Below, one piece after another: positions 1-10,542 of a DNA stretch of 64,000 nt. Each line of letters opens with the position of its first letter. Within the stretch, counting starts at the first letter, position 1. Source of the stretch: an uncultured Solirubrobacterales bacterium (lineage in GTDB: Bacteria; Actinomycetota; Thermoleophilia; Solirubrobacterales; Solirubrobacteraceae). The stretch is from positions 53,612 through 117,611 of the forward strand of contig CAVPKV010000041.1 of assembly GCA_963705785.1 (NCBI GenBank), written 5' to 3'. Under the pieces are notes generated by a model. That model saw only the letters and a program-made list of their open reading frames with translations. It was not told the DNA's origin and ran no database searches. The translations under genes were made by a program, and so were the position numbers.

Positions 1-279
1 GTCGTGCAGCCGCTTGCGGGCCAGCCGCCGGTCTACGTCGTCGGAAGGATCAGCAGCGGCTCCTTCGACTCGCCGCGGGCACTCAGGCTCTCGGCATGGT
101 CGCCGACGGTTGGCGGGGCACAGCCGTCGTTCGACCACGAATGCAGGCCGCTCGCGTCGAGTAAGACAGTGGAGATCTCTTTCGTCGGCGGCTCAGGTGA
201 CTTCGTCGCGGACCTCGGCAGTCTGCTCGGACGGTACTGGACGCGGATCGCTAAAAACGATGGCGAATCCTGCCCGTGA
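1..279 (+). CDS. Probable 3' end of a hypothetical protein (begins before the window)
   Basis: Frame 1 is open from the window edge to TGA at 277-279, converging on the next gene; no recognisable motif. Confidence 0.3.
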   Translation, partial: VVQPLAGQPPVYVVGRISSGSFDSPRALRLSAWSPTVGGAQPSFDHECRPLASSKTVEISFVGGSGDFVADLGSLLGRYWTRIAKNDGESCP

Positions 280-297
280 CCCAGCGTGAGTTGACGC

Positions 298-831
298 CTA
301 GGGCAGGCAAGCAGATGTGCCGAGTAGAGCAACTGACTTCTTCATCGCATCGACCGACGCAGCCCGCTTGGACAGCCAATAAGCGACAGCCTCAGCGTAC
401 TGAGCCCTTGCAGCGTCCGCGACGAGCCCGTCGACGGCAATTGCGCGGAGCAACGCAGTCCGGTAGGAGCGCAAGGCTGAGGCCAAATCGCCAGGTGGAC
501 GCAGTGTCACGGCCGTGCGGATGCGCTTCAGCAGCTGCATTTCGCGATCGCTAAAGCTGGCCTGATCGGACAGCGTCTCGGGCTTCGGGAGCCGCTTCAC
601 GCCTGAGGCCATGGCGCGGCAGCGGGCTTCCAGACTCGCGGCAAACCGCTTGTCAGCTGCACTCAGCTGTGTGAACGGCAGTGTGCCCCCAGTGTTCGTC
701 GCGGTCCTCGCGATCACCACAGCAGTCGCGGAGTGGGGGTGGCTCGTACGGCTTGAAGATGACCCACAGCCGGCAATGCACACGACGAGCACGATCTCGC
801 TGAGGAGTATCTCGGCCCTCACGGTCTTCAC
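298..831 (-). CDS. Hypothetical lipoprotein
   Basis: Hydrophobic stretch, lipobox-like IAGC and Ser-rich linker; TAGGCT -10-like box just upstream of the GTG start. Confidence 0.65.
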   Translation of the reverse strand: MKTVRAEILLSEIVLVVCIAGCGSSSSRTSHPHSATAVVIARTATNTGGTLPFTQLSAADKRFAASLEARCRAMASGVKRLPKPETLSDQASFSDREMQLLKRIRTAVTLRPPGDLASALRSYRTALLRAIAVDGLVADAARAQYAEAVAYWLSKRAASVDAMKKSVALLGTSACLP

Positions 832-1017
832 GGTCCCAAGCCTAGCCCGGCTGCTGCGAGTGGCTTACACCCGTCAAGCATGCTTTGTGGCCAAGGCAGT
901 CGTTCGGGCGCGCGTCGTTGTCAGGAAGCTGACTATTTCAAGGGGCTTGGCTGTGAAGGTGGCGCCACCGATGTGAGCGCTCGGCGCGATGACCCCGCCG
1001 CGGTGTCCTGTGCGTCG

Positions 1018-1335
1018 TTACTTGCCGGTCGTGCGGTGCGCCGGCGTGCGCACGTACCCGGAGCGTCCTCGCCCACCGCGCCCGCCGCCGCGCGCCGCAC
1101 CGTGGACCGGCGACGGTGTCCTACGCAGGAGAAGACGCAATGCTCGATCGTGCGTGCCTTCCTCTGTGCGCTCCCTCAAGGCACTCGGAGGAACGGTGCG
1201 GAACACGGGGCCACGCACCGGATCCACCACCGCCACCACGACCTTGGAGCTGCTCGGCGTGTAGAACACGATCCCGTCGAGTTCCGGACCGCCGATTACG
1301 ACCGTTACAAGTTCGCCCGCGTGTGTCGACTCCAT
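1018..1335 (-). CDS. Small hypothetical protein with Gly/Arg-rich C-terminal tail
   Basis: MESTHAGELVTV... beta-rich N-terminus and GGGRGGRGRSG tail; TACGCT-N6-ATG leaderless signature. Confidence 0.6.
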   Translation of the reverse strand: MESTHAGELVTVVIGGPELDGIVFYTPSSSKVVVAVVDPVRGPVFRTVPPSALRERTEEGTHDRALRLLLRRTPSPVHGAARGGGRGGRGRSGYVRTPAHRTTGK

Positions 1336-1737
1336 CGATCCAGCGTACAGCGCCCAACGCCCGGCCACCGAACAGGCGCTCCCCTCAGACGATGCCTACG
1401 TCTTACCAGTCCTAACACCGCGGCTGCCACATAGCCGGCCGCTGGGGATGACCAAGCGGGCAGGCACCACCAGGGAGCCCCGGGTGTACTCATGCCGGGC
1501 CGCCCGCGATACGGCCGCTGATCTAGGTCCCGACTTGTTCCCGCGTCGCGGCATACTTCGCGGACCATGTCGTCGGAGGAGCTCGGACCTGCTGCAGGTC
1601 CCGCAGTCGGCCCCGCTGCCTCAGCATCGATAGGCCTGGCAGCATCCGACTGGTCGAAGATCCAGCTCCGGCAGCTGCGCGACCGTGCGCTGTGAGCCCC
1701 ACCAGACCGAGTCGGCGCAGGCCGTCATCCAGTCCGG

Positions 1738-1845
1738 GGCACGTTGGTGTAGGTCAACGTCGGTATTCCGAAGGACCGGGCCTGGCGGGGGAAGACCGTC
1801 CATACCGGCGTCTTCAAGAGCCCTGTCGCCGGTCCCCGCCACCGG
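1738..1845 (+). pseudogene. 5' remnant of a MOSC-domain (YiiM-like) gene
   Basis: Frame 1 reads GTLV*VNVGIPKDRAWRGKTVHTGVFKSPVAGPR, matching the MOSC N-terminus (LxSVNVGxPKDVxWxGKTVHTGxxKxPV); in-frame TAG at 1750 and the rest of the domain is missing. Confidence 0.7.
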
Positions 1846-1977
1846 GAGATTGTGACGGGAGCGGGGCGGACCCACGGCGGCGACGACGCAAAGACCTGGC
1901 GTCGGCCAGGAGCGCGTACGGGCGCGTTTGCGGTGTAAGCCGCGAGTCTGGATTCAATTCCAACGACGGAGGTCAGC

Positions 1978-2880
1978 ATGAGCAACATCGACCAGGATCT
2001 GGTCTTGGCCCACTTCATCGTTTCAGACGATGTCGAGCGCTCCCGACGGTTCTATACCGAAGTGCTCGGCGGCAGGCTGGCCTTTTCCGGAGACGTGACC
2101 TACGTTGCGCTTTCCAACAGCTGGATCATCATCAATATCGGCGGAGGCCCGACCGACGACAAGCCGGCGGTGACCCTGGAGGCGCCGCGCGATCCCGACC
2201 GGGTCAGCAGCTTCCTCAACATCCGGGTCACAGACATCGAGGCCGTGTACGCCGAATGGAGCGCCAGGGGCGCGAACTTCCTGACGCCGCCTAAACAGCA
2301 CCCATACGAGACCCGCTGTTACATCCGAGATCCCGACGGTCATCTCATCGAAGTGGGGCAGACCACGGACCCAGAGGGTGACTGGGTGCCTGCTCACTGG
2401 CCATCGAGCACGCCCGCGGGCGGGTCCGATGAGATGGTGCTGACCCGCTTCATCGTCTCAGACGACGTCGAGCGCTCCCGGCGGTTCTACTCCGAGGTAC
2501 TCGGCGGCAGGGTCGTCTTCTCCGGAAAGCCGTCCGGGGAGCCGACCAATGTCGCGCTATCCAATGGCTTTATCGTCAGCAGCGTGGGCGGTGGACCGAC
2601 CGACGACAAGCCGGCGGTGACTTTGGAGACGCCGCGTGATCCCGGCCGGGTCAGCAGCTTCCTCAATATCCGGGTCAAAGACATCGAGGCGGTGTACACC
2701 GAATGGAACGCCAGGGGCGCGAGTTTCCTGACGCCGCCCAAACACCACCAGTATGAGATCCGCTGTTACATCCGAGATCCCGACGGTCATCTGATCGAAG
2801 TGGGTCAAACCACGGACCCAGAGGGCGACTGGACGCCCGCTCATTGGCCATCGAGCACCCCCACCAAGGAGTCCGCGTGA
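1978..2880 (+). CDS. VOC/glyoxalase family protein made of two near-identical tandem units
   Basis: VSDDVERSRRFY...YIRDPDGHLIEV occurs twice; GGAGG RBS upstream. Confidence 0.9.
   Translation: MSNIDQDLVLAHFIVSDDVERSRRFYTEVLGGRLAFSGDVTYVALSNSWIIINIGGGPTDDKPAVTLEAPRDPDRVSSFLNIRVTDIEAVYAEWSARGANFLTPPKQHPYETRCYIRDPDGHLIEVGQTTDPEGDWVPAHWPSSTPAGGSDEMVLTRFIVSDDVERSRRFYSEVLGGRVVFSGKPSGEPTNVALSNGFIVSSVGGGPTDDKPAVTLETPRDPGRVSSFLNIRVKDIEAVYTEWNARGASFLTPPKHHQYEIRCYIRDPDGHLIEVGQTTDPEGDWTPAHWPSSTPTKESA
2011..2862 (+). repeat. Intragenic tandem duplication (units ~2011-2415 and ~2446-2862)
   Basis: Nucleotide-level near-identity between units; the second has a net 12-nt insertion (KPSGEP region). Confidence 0.9.
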
Positions 2881-2960
2881 AGGAGAAAGCCGGGTCGGTT
2901 CTACGAAGCGATCGGCCGCCTGGTCATCGGTTTGCGGCGCAGCGGACGCCGCCTTGCGCG

Positions 2961-3215
2961 ATGACGGAAGGCGAGTACGCGATGCGCCTGCTGACCTCAG
3001 CCGACGGTGGCTTCCAGCCGCGGTTAATCGACGCGATTGAGCAAATGCTCGCCGACGAAGCCAGGGCAGGCAACCTCGACCTCCCGGTCGACCTGCACGA
3101 CCTCGCGTACGTGCTCGTCCGCCTGGGTGAGTCCTACGTCTACGCCAAATACATCACCGGCGAGCGGCCGGATCCCGACCGCGCGCAACCAATCCTCGAG
3201 CTACTCCTCACCTGA
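2961..3215 (+). pseudogene. C-terminal fragment of a QsdR-type TetR-family regulator (HTH missing)
   Basis: AMRLLT...QPRLIDAIEQML...DLAYVLVRLGESYVY...GERPDPDRA resembles the QsdR C-terminal domain; no upstream HTH. Confidence 0.6.
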
Positions 3216-3421
3216 CCACCCTCGAGCCTCCCCACCGAACCCGGCGGGGTGCGCTTAGTTCTTTCAGTCCGAGCGGCTAGAACCGGCGACGCGACTCTGG
3301 CCCGCTGTACATACAAGGTTCCATGCTCGGCTCGTAATTTGTCGCTCATCGTTGGCAGGGGCCTCGAGAGCTCGCCGTGGGCGTCCCTTGGTCCGGCCTG
3401 GAACCCCGGACAAGGAAGCCC

Positions 3422-5131
3422 ATGAACTTTCCCACCCCGCGGCGCCTCGGCGCTCTGATCGCCGTGGCTGCGTCAGTGCTGGCTGTGGCGGGTGCCATGG
3501 CCGCTCCGGCCCACCGCCCCGATCACCGGCCACGATCTGTCATGCCGGTGGCAATCCCTCCCGAGCCGAGGGCGGCACCCGGTGCCCGGGCCCTGCTCGT
3601 CGGGAGCTACCACGGCATCAGGGGCCGGTACCGGACTCTCCAGGCGGCGCTCAGCGCGGCGCGGCCCGGGGACTGGATCCTCCTCGGCCCGGGGGACTAC
3701 CGCAAGCAGGGCAATCAGAAGATGCCCGGGGCCAAGGGGGACGATCGAGCCGGCGCCGAGTTCGTCGTAAGGACTCCGGACATCCATATCCGGGGGATGA
3801 ATCGCAACGCGGTGTGGTTGGATGGCACCCGCTCCGGGCCCCGATGCGCAAGGAAAACCTCACATCAGAACTTCGGGTCAAAGGACTCGGCCGGCAAACC
3901 CGCCGGGCGGAACGGCATCGTCATGTACAAGGTCAGCGGCGTCTCAATCGAGAACCTGAGCGCCTGCAACTTTCTGAGCGGTGATCGGACCGTCGGCGAC
4001 GCGATCTGGTTCGACGGCGGCGGCTCCTCGGGCAAGCAGACGACGGAAACCTTCCGCGGGGCCTATCTGACCGCCACCTCGACCTACTGGGGTGGCACCA
4101 ACAAGCCGTCGGCCGCGTACGGGATCTACTCCTCGAACACCGCCGGCGGGCCCGGGGTCTTCTACCGCGACTACGCGTCGAATATGAACGACTCGGCCTT
4201 CTACGTCGGTGCGTGTCCGGCCTGTGGGGTGATCGTCGACGCCGTGCACGGCGAAAACAGCCCCGAGGGCTACTCGGGCACCAACTCCGGCGACATCGTG
4301 ATCGAGAACTCGGAGTTCGACCACAACCGGGACGGGTTCGACACCAACAGCCAGAACAACGACGATGCCCCCTCACCCCAAGAGGGCACCTGCCCGGACC
4401 ACCGTGTCAATCCCCATCCATCGGCGAAAACCCAGCGGATCCACTCCTGCTGGGTGTTCGAGCACAACTACGTCCACGACAACAACAACCCGAACGTCCC
4501 CGCCGCGGGCGTGGTCTACAACATTCCGACAGGCACCGGTCTATCGATCTATGGCGGACGTCACGACATCGTCACCCACAACCGCTTTGTCAACAACGGC
4601 GCCTGGGGGATCCTCCTGGCTCCGGAGCCTGATATGGAAACCCCGCCTCCGGGGATCGGCGAGCACTGCCAGGGGGGCTCGAACGTGATCATCGATGGCC
4701 AGGGCGTTTGCTACTTCGACGACTACGGCAGCGAGATCGCCAACAACACATTCACCCACGACGGCTACCTGGGCAACAGGGGTAACGCCGACATCGCCGA
4801 GATCTCCGGCCACACCCCCAACTCAAGCACCGACGGTAACTGCTTTCACGACAACCGGGACACCTCAGGCAAGCTGACCAGCCAACCGGGCGACATCGAC
4901 AGTTACCGTAGGTGCGGCTCGGACTACAACGGTCAGACCCTGGCCGGCCCAGCCGGCCTTCAATTGGCGTGCGGCTCACGCTATTTCGGCTCATGCCCAC
5001 CCGGGGTCGGCGCCAATTACCCCCAGCCCACCCACATAGTTGTCCCGCTGCCGCCGCCGCAGCCCACGATGCCCAATCCGTGCGAAGGCGTACCTACGAA
5101 CCCGTGGTGCTCACACGCCGCAAAGCGGTAG
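3422..5131 (+). CDS. Secreted right-handed parallel beta-helix (pectin lyase-like) protein
   Basis: Signal peptide; LQAAL..ARPGDWILLGPGDY cap; Asn-ladder repeats (IENSEFDHN, FEHNYVHDN, VTHNRFVNNG); AAGGA RBS. Confidence 0.8.
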   Translation: MNFPTPRRLGALIAVAASVLAVAGAMAAPAHRPDHRPRSVMPVAIPPEPRAAPGARALLVGSYHGIRGRYRTLQAALSAARPGDWILLGPGDYRKQGNQKMPGAKGDDRAGAEFVVRTPDIHIRGMNRNAVWLDGTRSGPRCARKTSHQNFGSKDSAGKPAGRNGIVMYKVSGVSIENLSACNFLSGDRTVGDAIWFDGGGSSGKQTTETFRGAYLTATSTYWGGTNKPSAAYGIYSSNTAGGPGVFYRDYASNMNDSAFYVGACPACGVIVDAVHGENSPEGYSGTNSGDIVIENSEFDHNRDGFDTNSQNNDDAPSPQEGTCPDHRVNPHPSAKTQRIHSCWVFEHNYVHDNNNPNVPAAGVVYNIPTGTGLSIYGGRHDIVTHNRFVNNGAWGILLAPEPDMETPPPGIGEHCQGGSNVIIDGQGVCYFDDYGSEIANNTFTHDGYLGNRGNADIAEISGHTPNSSTDGNCFHDNRDTSGKLTSQPGDIDSYRRCGSDYNGQTLAGPAGLQLACGSRYFGSCPPGVGANYPQPTHIVVPLPPPQPTMPNPCEGVPTNPWCSHAAKR

Positions 5132-5218
5132 GGCCGGAGCCCCGGGAATGCGCCCTCGAACGCGGTGACGCTGCGCTCTATGGTGAGGAGGTATCACCCC
5201 GGACAGATTGGAGTAGAC

Positions 5219-6208
5219 ATGAAGACGCGCAAGCTCGGTTCGCTTGAGGTCTCGGCGTTGGGACTCGGTTGCATGGGAATGTCGGCCTTCTACGGGTCGA
5301 CTGACAAGGACGAGTCGGTCGCGACGATCCAGCGCGCGCTTGAGCTTGGGATCAACTTCCTCGACACGGCGCAGCTGTACGGCCCGTTGACCAATGAGGA
5401 GCTGGTCGGCCGTGCGATTAAGGGGCGGCGTGACGAGTACGTGATCGCGACCAAGTTCGCCCGGCGCATGGACAACGCCACGCCGGGCGACATGTCGACC
5501 ATCGGCGCGCTCGACGGATCGGCCGACCACGTACGCAGCTCGATCGAGATCTCGCTGAGGCAGCTGGGCACCGACCATGTCGACCTGTACTACCAGCATC
5601 GCGTCGATCCGAACGTGCCGATCGAAGAGACGGTCGGTGCGATGGCGGAGCTGGTCGAGCAGGGCAAGGTCCGCCACATCGGGCTGAGCGAGGCGGCGCC
5701 TGAGACCATCCGCCGAGCCCACGCAGTCCACCCGATCACGGCCGTGCAGACCGAGTATTCGCTGTGGACCCGCGATCCCGAGCGCGAGGTGCTGCCGACC
5801 TGTCGCGAGCTGGACATTGGCTTTGTGCCGTACTCACCGCTGGGTCGCGGGTTCCTGTCCGGGCGGTTCACCTCCCCAGATGAGCTCGACCAGAACGACT
5901 TCCGTCGCACCGGGCCGCGGTTCACGGGCGAGAACCTGGAGGCCAATCTGAGACTCGCGGCCAAGGTGGCGGAGATTGCCGAGGAGAAGGGGATTACCCC
6001 GGCTCAGCTCGCGCTGGCCTGGGTGCTCGCCCAGGGCGAGGACCTCGTCCCGATCCCCGGCACCAAACGGCGAAGCTATCTCGAGCAGAACGCCGCCGCC
6101 GTCGACGTGGAGCTGACTGACGAGGACCTGCGGCGAATCGACGCCGAGTTGCCGGCAGTGGCCGGCGAGCGCTACGACGAGCGGGGCATGGCTTCGGTCA
6201 ACCTGTAG
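5219..6208 (+). CDS. Aldo/keto reductase
   Basis: [53 protein letters not shown] motifs. Confidence 0.95.
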   Translation: MKTRKLGSLEVSALGLGCMGMSAFYGSTDKDESVATIQRALELGINFLDTAQLYGPLTNEELVGRAIKGRRDEYVIATKFARRMDNATPGDMSTIGALDGSADHVRSSIEISLRQLGTDHVDLYYQHRVDPNVPIEETVGAMAELVEQGKVRHIGLSEAAPETIRRAHAVHPITAVQTEYSLWTRDPEREVLPTCRELDIGFVPYSPLGRGFLSGRFTSPDELDQNDFRRTGPRFTGENLEANLRLAAKVAEIAEEKGITPAQLALAWVLAQGEDLVPIPGTKRRSYLEQNAAAVDVELTDEDLRRIDAELPAVAGERYDERGMASVNL

Positions 6209-6356
6209 CGCGGTCCGAGCCACCGGCAACCTCCTCACCTGAGCACCCCGCCCGCAGCGGTCCCACTCGGGGAATCGGCCGATTTTCATCCTGGGCCCAG
6301 TCGGGCAGGCATTATTTTGCCTAGGCTCACATTCCGGGTTCCTAGGGAGGGACGCG

Positions 6357-8918
6357 ATGCGCAGGTCCAGGCGGGTCCGTCTTGCTGTACTTCTGGCCGT
6401 TAGCGCGGCTGTGCTGGTCGCTGTGGGCGTCGTCGTCTTCAACTCGCAGCCGACGTCAAAGGTGGCGATCCGTCACGAAGCGGACGGTCATGGAGCGGAC
6501 GGGGACGGCGCAGACGATTCACCAGACGACGGATTCCTGAATTCCCGCATCCTTGGCGGCAAGAACGCAAGCACGCCGTCCGCCAAGGCCTTCGTGGCCG
6601 CGGGCCATGCGGCGCGCGTGCTGCGCCGGAGCACGCGTGTGTCCGACTCGTCGGATGCGAACGCGCAGTGGAAGTTCATCGGGCCGAGCAACGTGGGCGG
6701 CCGCGTTACCGACCTTGCAGTCGACCCGACCCACCCGGGGACGGTCTACGTCGCCACCGCCGGCGGCGGAGTGTGGAAGACCACAGACGACGGCAAGACG
6801 TTCAGCACCACGTGGCCGCTGACGGCCCCGCAGGCGATCGGCGCGATCGCCGTGGACCCGCAAGGCGTGGTGTATGTTGGCACCGGGGAAACCAATCCGG
6901 GGGGTGGCAGCATCACGTTCGGCGGCGGCGGCATCTACAGGTCCACCGACGGCGGCGCCAGCTGGACCCACATGTCCGACTCACTGATGAACAACTCTTC
7001 GACCATCTCGCGGCTGGTAGTCGACCCACTTGATCCGCGGGTTCTGTACGCGGCCGTGTCGGGCAACCTGTTCGTCCCCGGCGGCGTGCGGGGCATCTAC
7101 AAGTCGACCAACGGAGCCGCGTCGTGGACTCAGGTCTTGGCGCCACCGAACGCCACGACCGGAGCGAGTGACATCGCCATCGATCCGACGAACCCGAACA
7201 AGCTTTTCGCCGGCATGTGGGACCACATTCGCAGCCCCGGTGCGCGCAACTACACCGGTACCGGCTCGGGTCTCTGGGAAACGCTCGATGGCGGCGCGAG
7301 TTGGAAGGAGCTCACCAGCCCCACCAACGCTGCGACCGACGGTCTCATCGCTGACAACCACGCCAACGGCCGCATGGGCGTAGCGATCGACCCCGAGAAC
7401 CCAAGCGTCGTGTATGTCGATTACGCCAACAACCCATCGGGTTCGTTCATTGCGCTGTACAAATCCACTGACGGTGGAGCCACCTTCTCGATTCCGTACG
7501 CAACCGCCAGCGCTGCCGCCGCAACGCTGGCGGATTCGCAGTTCGTCTATGGCTGGTGGTTTGGGCGGATATACGTCGATCCGTACAACAGCAACGATCT
7601 GTTCCTAACCGGGCTCGACCTGTACTCCTCGACTGACGGCGGGGTCAACTGGAACGATGACAGCGAGCCGCACGCCGATCAACACGCGGTCGCGTGGGAT
7701 CCCGCGAATCACAACCAGGTGTTTCTCGGTGACGACGGCGGGTTCTGGACCTCGGACAGCGCGGGCGCGCCTGGCACTTGGAACCACGGCGGGCCGAGTA
7801 CGAAGCCGTTGCCCACCAGCCCAACGTCGCAGCCGTGGAGCCAGTTCGACGGCGTCGACGTCAGCGAGCAGGATCCGACGCGCGTAATCGGAGGTCTGCA
7901 GGACAACGGCTCGCAGGCGGACTGGTGCGCCGGTGGTGACACCTCTCAGCAATGCGCCCCTGGGGTGAGCACATGGTTCAGCACCTACGGCGGCGACGGC
8001 CAGATGAACCTCATCAACCCGAAGAACCAGAACATTGTCTATTCGTGTCTGCAGTACGGCAATTGCGCGGTGTCAACCGACGGGGGAAAGACGTCGACGG
8101 AATTCGATGCGACGGGACCGAACACCGCGGGGACCTCGGCCATCGCCGACCGCAACGCGTACTTCACCCCGATGGTGTTCGATCCCAACAACCCGGGGAC
8201 CGTCTACTGGGCCGGCGACATCGTCAACCGGTCGACGGATAACGGCAGCAACTGGACGGCGATCAGCCCCAATCTCGGCGGCACTGATCCGGGCGCTGAG
8301 CCGGACCCGATCTACGCCGGCCACTACGGCACCGTCACCACAATGGCGATCTCGCCGGCCGACTCGAACCTGATGTGGACCGGCAGCGATCAGGGGCTGG
8401 TGTACAAGAACCCTGACATCACAGGACCCGATGCCGCGGCCAGCTGGCGGAAGGTGACGCTGCCTTCGCGATTTGCGCACGGCACGCTGCCGACGCAGGA
8501 CGGTACGTGGGTTTCCACGATCTTCATCTCCGCCTCCGATCCGCAGACCGTGTATCTCGGGTTCAGCGGCTACCGCACGGGCGACAATAACCCGTATCTG
8601 ATCAAGACCACCGATGGTGGCGCGACATGGTCAGCGATCAGCGACGGGCTCCCGCCAGCGACCGTAAACAGCATCAGGGTTATTGCCGGCCGCATCTACG
8701 CCGCGACTGACGTCGGTGTCTTCGTCGCGAACGACACCATCACAAACAGTGCGGCCACTCCGGCGGCGAAACTCCACTGGCACGCACTTGGCATGGATCT
8801 GCCATTGATGCCGGTGACCGCGTTGCGCTACGTCGCTGAGAACAACACGCTATACGCGGCCACCTTCGGGCGCGGTGTGTGGTCCGTTTCGCTTCAAGAC
8901 CCGCTGCTCAAGCGCTAG
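6357..8918 (+). CDS. Secreted/membrane-anchored BNR (Asp-box) beta-propeller protein (VPS10/GH74-like)
   Basis: N-terminal TM/signal; GPSNVGGRV; many S/TxDGGxxW repeats; HADQH; C-terminal AATFGRGVW. Confidence 0.85.
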   Translation: MRRSRRVRLAVLLAVSAAVLVAVGVVVFNSQPTSKVAIRHEADGHGADGDGADDSPDDGFLNSRILGGKNASTPSAKAFVAAGHAARVLRRSTRVSDSSDANAQWKFIGPSNVGGRVTDLAVDPTHPGTVYVATAGGGVWKTTDDGKTFSTTWPLTAPQAIGAIAVDPQGVVYVGTGETNPGGGSITFGGGGIYRSTDGGASWTHMSDSLMNNSSTISRLVVDPLDPRVLYAAVSGNLFVPGGVRGIYKSTNGAASWTQVLAPPNATTGASDIAIDPTNPNKLFAGMWDHIRSPGARNYTGTGSGLWETLDGGASWKELTSPTNAATDGLIADNHANGRMGVAIDPENPSVVYVDYANNPSGSFIALYKSTDGGATFSIPYATASAAAATLADSQFVYGWWFGRIYVDPYNSNDLFLTGLDLYSSTDGGVNWNDDSEPHADQHAVAWDPANHNQVFLGDDGGFWTSDSAGAPGTWNHGGPSTKPLPTSPTSQPWSQFDGVDVSEQDPTRVIGGLQDNGSQADWCAGGDTSQQCAPGVSTWFSTYGGDGQMNLINPKNQNIVYSCLQYGNCAVSTDGGKTSTEFDATGPNTAGTSAIADRNAYFTPMVFDPNNPGTVYWAGDIVNRSTDNGSNWTAISPNLGGTDPGAEPDPIYAGHYGTVTTMAISPADSNLMWTGSDQGLVYKNPDITGPDAAASWRKVTLPSRFAHGTLPTQDGTWVSTIFISASDPQTVYLGFSGYRTGDNNPYLIKTTDGGATWSAISDGLPPATVNSIRVIAGRIYAATDVGVFVANDTITNSAATPAAKLHWHALGMDLPLMPVTALRYVAENNTLYAATFGRGVWSVSLQDPLLKR

Positions 8919-8997
8919 TCGCGCGCGTCACTGTGCCCTCGGCCGCGGCCGCCAATTGTCGCTTCGATCGACCGATGCCCGGGACGAGCGGCCGACC

Positions 8998-10444
8998 CTA
9001 TTTGACCTTGAGCGTGACCTTGGCTGGGTTGTAGCCGGGCTTTGTTGCGGTGCACACGTGAAAGCCAACCGGCGTGCCTTTGCTGAAATGAAGCTTTGCC
9101 TGGCCGGCGGTGCTCGTGGTGCCGGTTTTGGACGGGCACGAGACCTTGGCCCCGGCCACCGGCTGGCCCGCGTCGGCCACGGTGAACGAGACGGTTGCCG
9201 CCTTCGTGTGGCTGAACACCCTGGGGGTGGCGTGCAGCGAGAGCCCGGGCAGGATCTGTGTGTGGAACAGGTCGACCGGATACGAGGTCCCCACCTTGAT
9301 CTGGGCATTGATGATGATGTCGAGGCGCCCCGAGCTGCCCTGGTTCTGGACGGCGAAGACATTGTTGGACAGGACACCGGCAGGGGGCTTGATGGTCGTC
9401 CGAGCCCCGAACGACGTCCCGGCCGTGTTCGTGCGGACCGCCTGGATGACGTTCTTTGTCCCGTCATACCAACTGACCCACAGCCGCCCCTGGGGCGTTG
9501 CCGTCAGGGCCACGCGCGCGCCCTGCACGTTCGCTGACCCCGGGACCGTCATCGGCTTGGACGAGCCCTCCTTCCAGAGATCTACGTGGACGCACGGCTG
9601 GCTTGAGTTGCTGACGCAGAAGGCCACGTAAACCCCGCCCCCGACGCGAGCAGCCAGCGCGACGGGTTCGAGCGGCTGGTTGTTGTGGGCCGGGTTGGCC
9701 TTGGAAGCGGGCACCTTGATGAGCGGCCCCGCCGTCGGGAGTATGCGCGTGACGAAATAGCCCATGTTCTGGAAGGCCTGGAAGGTGGCCACCCAGATCG
9801 AACCGTCGCTGGCCGTGACGGTCGAGACATTGTTTGGGGTGTTGCCCTGAGCCACCGGGATCGTCCCGTCCATGCTGGTGGCCGGACAGCTGGGATCGAC
9901 TCCGATGTGGAAGAGGTGACCATCTCGCGAACACGGCAACCGGAGTCCCGTTCGACTCGGTCGTGGCCGCCAGGTTGCCGACGCCGACAGTTTGGTGGGA
10001 CAGCGACCCGTTGACCAGACTCCACGTCTTCCCGTTCGTGCTGGTCGCCGTGAACACGACGCCCTTGAAGTAGCAGCCGCTGGTGCCGTTGTAGCCCTCG
10101 AAGATCAGGCGTTCCCCGGTGCCGTAGGGGACCAACTGTGGGTCCGCCTCCAAGCTTTTCCAGCCGGAAAGGGCGGTGCTGGTGGCCAGCAGCTTTCCCG
10201 CCAGCGTAATCGTGGATGTGCCGTAGGAGTGCGTGCCGTTGCTGGCCTGCTTGCGCAGCCACACCAGATGGAGCTGTCCGTCACCCGTCCGCACCATCCC
10301 CACCGTGTCGGCCCCGCTGTCGACTGTGCCCAGCTTGGTCCAGACGCCCGGACCCCCGGCCAACGCCAAACCCGGAAGGACCAGTAGTGACATCAGTGCC
10401 ACCGCCGTTACGCCCGCCAACTTGATAGCTCGCACGCCTCGCAT
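8998..10444 (-). CDS. Secreted beta-rich protein with C-terminal Ig-like domain (frameshift near 9925)
   Basis: MRGVRAIKLAG signal peptide after GGGAGG RBS; N-terminal half in ORF 9464-10621, C-terminal half in ORF 8998-9939. Confidence 0.7.
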
Positions 10445-10542
10445 CGAACCTCCCAGAAATGGTCGCTCGCTCTTCGAGCGAGATGATTTCTCGTGATCGC
10501 GCCAATCATTGGCCGCACAGTCCCGGCGCTTTCCACCCTTGC

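Noticed and set aside
1567-1695. 42-aa ORF MSSEELGPAAGPAVGPAASA...
   Set aside because: Low complexity, no RBS and no recognisable family; cannot be supported
1750-1752. In-frame TAG in the MOSC stub as pyrrolysine or stop-codon recoding
   Set aside because: The position is normally Ser (TCG, one substitution away), the gene is truncated anyway, and TAG is a normal stop elsewhere in the window
1875-1950. GACGCAAAG as a c-di-GMP-I riboswitch core
   Set aside because: The upstream GGCAAA stem and GNRA tetraloop are absent
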